From: Acidobacteriota bacterium
GTDB lineage: Bacteria > Acidobacteriota > Terriglobia > Bryobacterales > JACQDG01
Reading direction: 5' to 3'
Assembly (NCBI GenBank): GCA_016201185.1
Contig: JACQDG010000022.1
Coordinates: 1-39,137 of the forward strand
Length of the DNA: 39,137 nucleotides
Shown here: positions 35,377 through 39,137 of the stretch, one piece after another
How the letters are laid out: each line of letters begins with the position of its first letter
Position numbering within the stretch: the stretch's first letter is position 1
Position numbers and translations under genes: made by a program
Notes under the pieces: model-generated
What the model was told of the DNA's origin: nothing
Database searches by the model: none
Seen by the model: only the letters and a program-made list of their open reading frames with translations

Positions 35377-37068
35377 TCAACGGCCGCCTTCCTCGGCCCA
35401 TCGGCGGGGGTGGACCGCTTCCGGCGGGCCTTGCCGCTCCTGGTGAGAAAACGGAGCGGCGAAGTAGATGTCGCTTGCAGCCAGGTCCAGTTGCTCCCGG
35501 GTGAACTCCCGCGGGGAAGGCGCCGGTCCGGTGTACCCTTTCAGAGGGTAGAGGCGATAGGCGCCGCCGCGGATTTCCTGCGCCAGCAACCGCCGCTCCG
35601 TGACTTCCCCGTTGGCCTCGACCACCAGGACCCAGGAGCGCCGGGGCTCGTCCGGCTTCAGGTCGCGCATGTAGTTGCGGTGGTAGACACGCAGGCGGCC
35701 GGCGTCGCTTACAATTTCGCAGGCCGCTTCCAGGCCGTGGACGCCGGTTACATGCTCGGCGAAAGGGGTCGAGGCCCATCCCGCCAGGAAGGCAAAATGG
35801 GGCGCCGTGCCCAGCCACAGCGGCGTGTTGGAAACGATGATCAGATCGTGCGGTTCGACCGGAAGCTGTCGCAGCCGGGCTGCGATGGCGCGCAGGTTCC
35901 GGGACTGGGGGATCCAACACTGCCCCATGTCGGCGAGAGTCGCCATGGCCAGCCAGCCCGCCAGGGCGGCGGCCAGCGGCATCCGGAGGGCCGGCACAGC
36001 TAGCGCCGCCGTCGCCAGCGCCAGGGCGAGATACGGCGCGGGAACATAGTCGTAACGATACTCATGGGCCCGCAGAAACCAGATCGGGCCGTAGGCCGCC
36101 AGCCACAGGCCGGCGGCCAGCAGGCACGTGCGTAGTGCCGGAGTTTTCTCCGCGTCCGCCCGGCGCAGGCCTAAGAGCGTCACCGCGGCGGCCAGCAGGG
36201 CTGCCGCCCCGGCCTGCCAGGTGAACTGCAGGCGATAAAAGGCCCCGGGCCCCAACCCGGTGAGTCTCCTATAAGTATTTATAATAGCTATGAAATTCTC
36301 CCAGCTTCTCCGGGGCGAGAATTCGTACCGCAGGCCGAAACCCATGGCCATGAGGGGCGCCTTGTTGACGAGCAGTGTGTAGAAGCCCGCCGCCGTCAGC
36401 ACGGTCCCCCATGCCAGCAGGGTGGCCCGCAGACCGGTCTTCGAGCGGAGGAACCAGGCTGTTAATGGAGCGGTCGCCACAAGTAGCCCGAAGACCGGGT
36501 CCCCGGAGAAAAGCGCCAGCACCAGGAACAGCGCCTGCCGCGCCGCCGCTCTTCCCTCCAACCGGCCGGCAACCAGGCTTGCTGCGAGTGAGCGCCAGTA
36601 AAGTACAAACCAGACCGTGGACCAGACGAAGCAGGAGATGTTGAAGCTCCAGAACAAGGCGCTGTGCGCGGCCGGCGCCAGCAGAAACACGACTCCCACC
36701 AGGAAAGCCGGGCGCGACCCGATCCCCAGCCTCTCGAGGGTCTGGCGCAGCAGGATCGCGTTCCACGCGTGTACCAGCAGGATTACGGCAAAGACCACGC
36801 CGGGCGCATAGCCGGCCGCCAGCCAGACCAGATAGCTTGTGAGGAAGCTGAGCCAATAGAAGCGGAACTGGTTGTGGATCAGGTTCTGGAAGATCGCCAC
36901 AGCCACGCGAAACGGTTCCGCCCCGCCGGCATCTCGCGCGGCCTGGTAGCGCTCCAGAATGAACCAGTCATCCAGCACGAACTCGGCATGCGGAAGATAG
37001 ATCAGGTAAATCGAAGCCAGGAGGAGGTAGGCTATGGCGGCCAGAAGCTGGTAGCTGGGTCGGCGCAA
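35377..37068 (-). CDS. Polytopic membrane protein, GT-C-like (unassigned), protein H; paralog of 30991..32721
   Basis: 563 aa. A TTG start is the only in-frame start before the first TM. It has the LDDW motif after TM1 and a soluble C-terminus. Confidence 0.6.
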   Translation of the reverse strand: MRRPSYQLLAAIAYLLLASIYLIYLPHAEFVLDDWFILERYQAARDAGGAEPFRVAVAIFQNLIHNQFRFYWLSFLTSYLVWLAAGYAPGVVFAVILLVHAWNAILLRQTLERLGIGSRPAFLVGVVFLLAPAAHSALFWSFNISCFVWSTVWFVLYWRSLAASLVAGRLEGRAAARQALFLVLALFSGDPVFGLLVATAPLTAWFLRSKTGLRATLLAWGTVLTAAGFYTLLVNKAPLMAMGFGLRYEFSPRRSWENFIAIINTYRRLTGLGPGAFYRLQFTWQAGAAALLAAAVTLLGLRRADAEKTPALRTCLLAAGLWLAAYGPIWFLRAHEYRYDYVPAPYLALALATAALAVPALRMPLAAALAGWLAMATLADMGQCWIPQSRNLRAIAARLRQLPVEPHDLIIVSNTPLWLGTAPHFAFLAGWASTPFAEHVTGVHGLEAACEIVSDAGRLRVYHRNYMRDLKPDEPRRSWVLVVEANGEVTERRLLAQEIRGGAYRLYPLKGYTGPAPSPREFTREQLDLAASDIYFAAPFSHQERQGPPEAVHPRRWAEEGGR

Positions 37069-37072
37069 ATCC

Positions 37073-37078
37073 TATAAT
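37073..37078 (+). promoter_or_regulatory. Consensus -10 hexamer TATAAT 6 nt upstream of ATG 37085 (possible leaderless transcript)
   Basis: cctataataacgaaATG. The whole divergent intergenic gap is only 16 nt (37069..37084). No convincing -35 box was seen. Confidence 0.35.
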
Positions 37079-37084
37079 AACGAA

Positions 37085-37900
37085 ATGACCTGCGCGATCT
37101 GTAAGGGCCGGAAAGGCAAGCGATTCTGTCCCGCTCTGGGTTCCGAAATTTGCACGCAGTGTTGCGGGAGCGAGCGGGAGGAGTCGATCGATTGCCCGCT
37201 CGACTGCCCATACCTCGTGGAAAGCCGGCAACACGAGAGGCTGGCGGGGATCAGCCCGGAAAATTTTCCTTACAAAGAGATTAAGATTAGTGATACCTAT
37301 CTGCGGGAACGAGAGGAGCTGCTCAACGCCGCCGCCCGGTCCGTGCTGACCGGGGCCTTCAACACGCGCGGCGCGACGGACCACGATGCGCGCGAAGCGC
37401 TGGACGCGCTGGCGCGAACCTACAAAAGCCTGGAAAGCGGGGTCTACTACGAGACCATCCCGCCGTCGCCGGTGGCTCAGGCTCTCGTCAGGCAGATGCA
37501 GGAGCTGCTTAAGCAGTTCCGCGAGGAAGAGACCAAGCAGGCCGGCATGGTCCGGACCCGCGACGCCGATGTGCTGGGCATTCCGGTGCGGGAGGTGGCG
37601 CGGGCGGCGGCGGACCGCTGTGGCTTCCAGTTATGGTCGGAGGCTTTCCTGGAAGGCGGCCGGCCCGACCTGGCTGGAGCGGTGGCCACCCTGATTGCGG
37701 CCGGCGCGCGGCGAATCCTTGTGATCCCCTACTTCCTCACCCTCAGGCTCCATTTGCAGCGCGACCTTCCGCGCCTGGTGGCCGAAGTTTCCCGCGGGCA
37801 TGAAGGGGTAAACATCATCTGCGGCGACCCGCTCGACGGCCATCCGGCCCTGGTCGACATCCTCGCAGAACGGGCCAAGGAAGCGCGGCGAAAGCTTTGA
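37085..37900 (+). CDS. Chimeric-looking protein: N-terminal Cys-rich (zinc-ribbon-like) module + helical region + truncated CbiX-like C-terminus
   Basis: 271 aa, with MTCAICKGRKGKRFCPALGSEICTQCCGSEREESIDCPLDCPYL (9 Cys in 42 aa). The C-terminal ...AGARRILVIPYFLTLRLHLQRDLP...GDPLDGHPALVDILAERA resembles the second half of a CbiX chelatase domain. It lacks the N-terminal HGS strand and has Arg where Gly is usual. Confidence 0.6.
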   Translation: MTCAICKGRKGKRFCPALGSEICTQCCGSEREESIDCPLDCPYLVESRQHERLAGISPENFPYKEIKISDTYLREREELLNAAARSVLTGAFNTRGATDHDAREALDALARTYKSLESGVYYETIPPSPVAQALVRQMQELLKQFREEETKQAGMVRTRDADVLGIPVREVARAAADRCGFQLWSEAFLEGGRPDLAGAVATLIAAGARRILVIPYFLTLRLHLQRDLPRLVAEVSRGHEGVNIICGDPLDGHPALVDILAERAKEARRKL

Positions 37901-37937
37901 TTGGACGGCCGGCCAGACAGTCTGCCAGCGGCGGCGC

Positions 37938-38963
37938 CTATGGATGATAGGCCGGTAGCCCAGCGACAGTTGGCAGCGGAGGCGCGGGAAGCGCCCGGAG
38001 CCGCAGCCGCTCGAAGGCGATCGTTTCCCGGATCATCTGGTCGAGGGAGGTCAGCGGGGACCAGCCGGTGAGGCGCTGCATCTTACAAATACAAGGGACC
38101 CGGCGCCGCATGTCCTCAAAGCCCTTCTCAGGATAGGCCTCGTGATACGGGACGCGGACGACCGGGCTGGCCGAGCCGGTGATCCGCTTGACGCGCTCGG
38201 CGAGTTCCAGGATCGAGATTTCCTCCGGTCCTCCGATGTTGAATATTTCTCCCTCCGCCTGCCGCGAGCCCAGCAGCAAGAGCAGGGCCTCTACGCAGTC
38301 CCGCACGAAGGCGAAATTCCGCGTCTGGCGGCCGTCGCCGAACACCCGGATCGGCTCCCCGGCCAGCGCCGCGCAGACGAAATTGGGCAGCACCATGCCA
38401 TAGCGTCCGGCCTGCCGCGGCCCCACGATGTTAAAAAAGCGCGTGATGATCACCGGCAATCCGTAGGTTTCCGCGTAGGCCAGGGCCAGAAACTCGTCGA
38501 GCTTTTTCGAAGTGGCATAGGACCAGCGGGTGACCGGAGCCGGGCCCAGCACCGAATCGGCCGTTTCGCAGAGCGAGTCCGCATCGTTCTTGCCGTAGAC
38601 TTCCGAGGTGCTTGCCACCAGCGCCTTTCTGCCCAAGCGTGTGGCGGCCCCCAGGACGATGTCCGTGCCGTTCACGTTGGTCCTGAGGGCGCCGAGCGGA
38701 TGGTCAAGAACATACCGCACGCCGACGGCCGCCGCCAGGTGAACGACCAGCCCGCATTTTTCAACCAGCCGACGGACCAGGGCGGCATCGAGCACGCTGC
38801 CTTTCACGAACTCGAATTTCGGGTGGCCGATCAGTCCGCCCAGGTTCTCGATCGAGCCCGTGCTCAGGTCATCCAGCACCACCACGGGCCGGCCGTCGGC
38901 CAGCATGGATTCGGCCAGATGAGAGCCGATAAAGCCCGCGCCGCCGGTAATGAGCGTTTTCAC
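37938..38963 (-). CDS. NAD-dependent sugar-nucleotide epimerase/dehydratase (extended SDR; ArnA C-terminal / UDP-glucuronate decarboxylase-like)
   Basis: 341 aa with the motifs ITGGAGFIGSH, STSEVYG and YATSKKLDE (YxxxK). HPKFEFVKGSV and GPAPVTRWSYATSK resemble the ArnA decarboxylase domain as I remember it. The GTG start overlaps the upstream stop (GTGA). Confidence 0.8.
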   Translation of the reverse strand: MKTLITGGAGFIGSHLAESMLADGRPVVVLDDLSTGSIENLGGLIGHPKFEFVKGSVLDAALVRRLVEKCGLVVHLAAAVGVRYVLDHPLGALRTNVNGTDIVLGAATRLGRKALVASTSEVYGKNDADSLCETADSVLGPAPVTRWSYATSKKLDEFLALAYAETYGLPVIITRFFNIVGPRQAGRYGMVLPNFVCAALAGEPIRVFGDGRQTRNFAFVRDCVEALLLLLGSRQAEGEIFNIGGPEEISILELAERVKRITGSASPVVRVPYHEAYPEKGFEDMRRRVPCICKMQRLTGWSPLTSLDQMIRETIAFERLRLRALPAPPLPTVAGLPAYHP

Positions 38964-39137
38964 GGCCGGGCCTCCAGGCTGACGTAGAAGCCCTGGTACC
39001 AGCCGTTTCTGGCCAGCAGGCTGTAATTTCGGCGCTGGTAGTTCCCGTAAAGGCGCAGGGAACGGGCGAAGCGGATACCGGCCGATGAAGTCACTTCCCA
39101 GTCGACTCGATAGTCGGCGGCCCGCACCACCTGTTGC
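38960..39137 (-). CDS. Hypothetical protein, C-terminal 59 codons only (start beyond the right edge); alternating aromatic pattern suggests beta strands
   Basis: My minus-strand translation is ...QQVVRAADYRVDWEVTSSAGIRFARSLRLYGNYQRRNYSLLARNGWYQGFYVSLEARP*. It is open to the window edge and translationally coupled (GTGA) to the SDR gene. Confidence 0.4.
   Translation of the reverse strand, partial: QQVVRAADYRVDWEVTSSAGIRFARSLRLYGNYQRRNYSLLARNGWYQGFYVSLEARP

Noticed and set aside
37901-37937. Possible bidirectional terminator between the Cys-rich/CbiX-like gene and the SDR gene
   Set aside because: It contains a ggccggcc palindrome and an imperfect cagac/gtctg pairing, but no convincing stem plus U-tract.
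1-39137. CRISPR arrays, rRNA genes, IS elements with terminal inverted repeats, reverse transcriptase/DGR or retron signatures
   Set aside because: No regularly spaced short repeats, no transposase- or RT-like ORFs and no long non-coding stretches exist. The only exact repeats found are the 59-bp pair and the 19-bp tandem duplication, reported separately.

Overview
This is a high-GC bacterial chromosome segment. Spot counts of 60-nt lines give about 65-68% GC in core genes. It is probably Acidobacteriota (Solibacter/Bryobacter-like), an inference from a secreted protein with a TIGR03437-type C-terminal domain.

Left third (1-11.5 kb): mostly housekeeping genes, namely sppA (partial), alaX-type editing protein, cvpA-purC and a tryptophanase/tyrosine phenol-lyase family lyase. 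Two accessory insertions interrupt it.
- A 2.64-kb lower-GC islet is bounded by perfect 59-bp direct repeats that duplicate the 3' end of cvpA. It carries only a translationally coupled AlbA_2/HATPase_c_4 gene plus a ParA-like ATPase gene, and no integrase.
- A hicB-hicA toxin-antitoxin pair.

Right two thirds (11.5-39 kb): one very unusual glycoconjugate-assembly supercluster, arranged as divergent and convergent operons with almost no intergenic space.
- The cytoplasmic enzymes are multidomain fusions: MT-GT2-GT4, GT2-GT4, MT-GT2, plus a lone GT2.
- One GtrB/ArnC-like polyprenyl-phosphate sugar synthase is present.
- Eight polytopic GT-C-like membrane proteins are present. Four are GT39/PMT_2-like paralogs with a shared beta-rich C-terminal domain, and three of those sit in direct tandem. 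One is a classical PMT_2/ArnT-like protein. Three are unassigned proteins with a DD motif.
- Also present are a free-standing copy of the C-terminal domain, a secreted amidohydrolase and an ArnA-C-like SDR.
- I could not recognise a Wzx/Wzy/ABC exporter, a GtrA flippase or an initiating phosphoglycosyltransferase in the window.

Micro-scale observations:
- A perfect 19-bp tandem duplication frameshifts the end of one paralog.
- Another paralog's stop codon replaces a conserved Trp codon.
- A 14-bp inverted repeat lies in the divergent promoter region.
- Two convergent genes overlap by 73 nt.
- A TATAAT box sits 6 nt before an ATG in a 16-nt divergent gap.

No rRNA, tRNA or CRISPR array was seen. 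All family assignments come from motif recognition by eye, not from searches.
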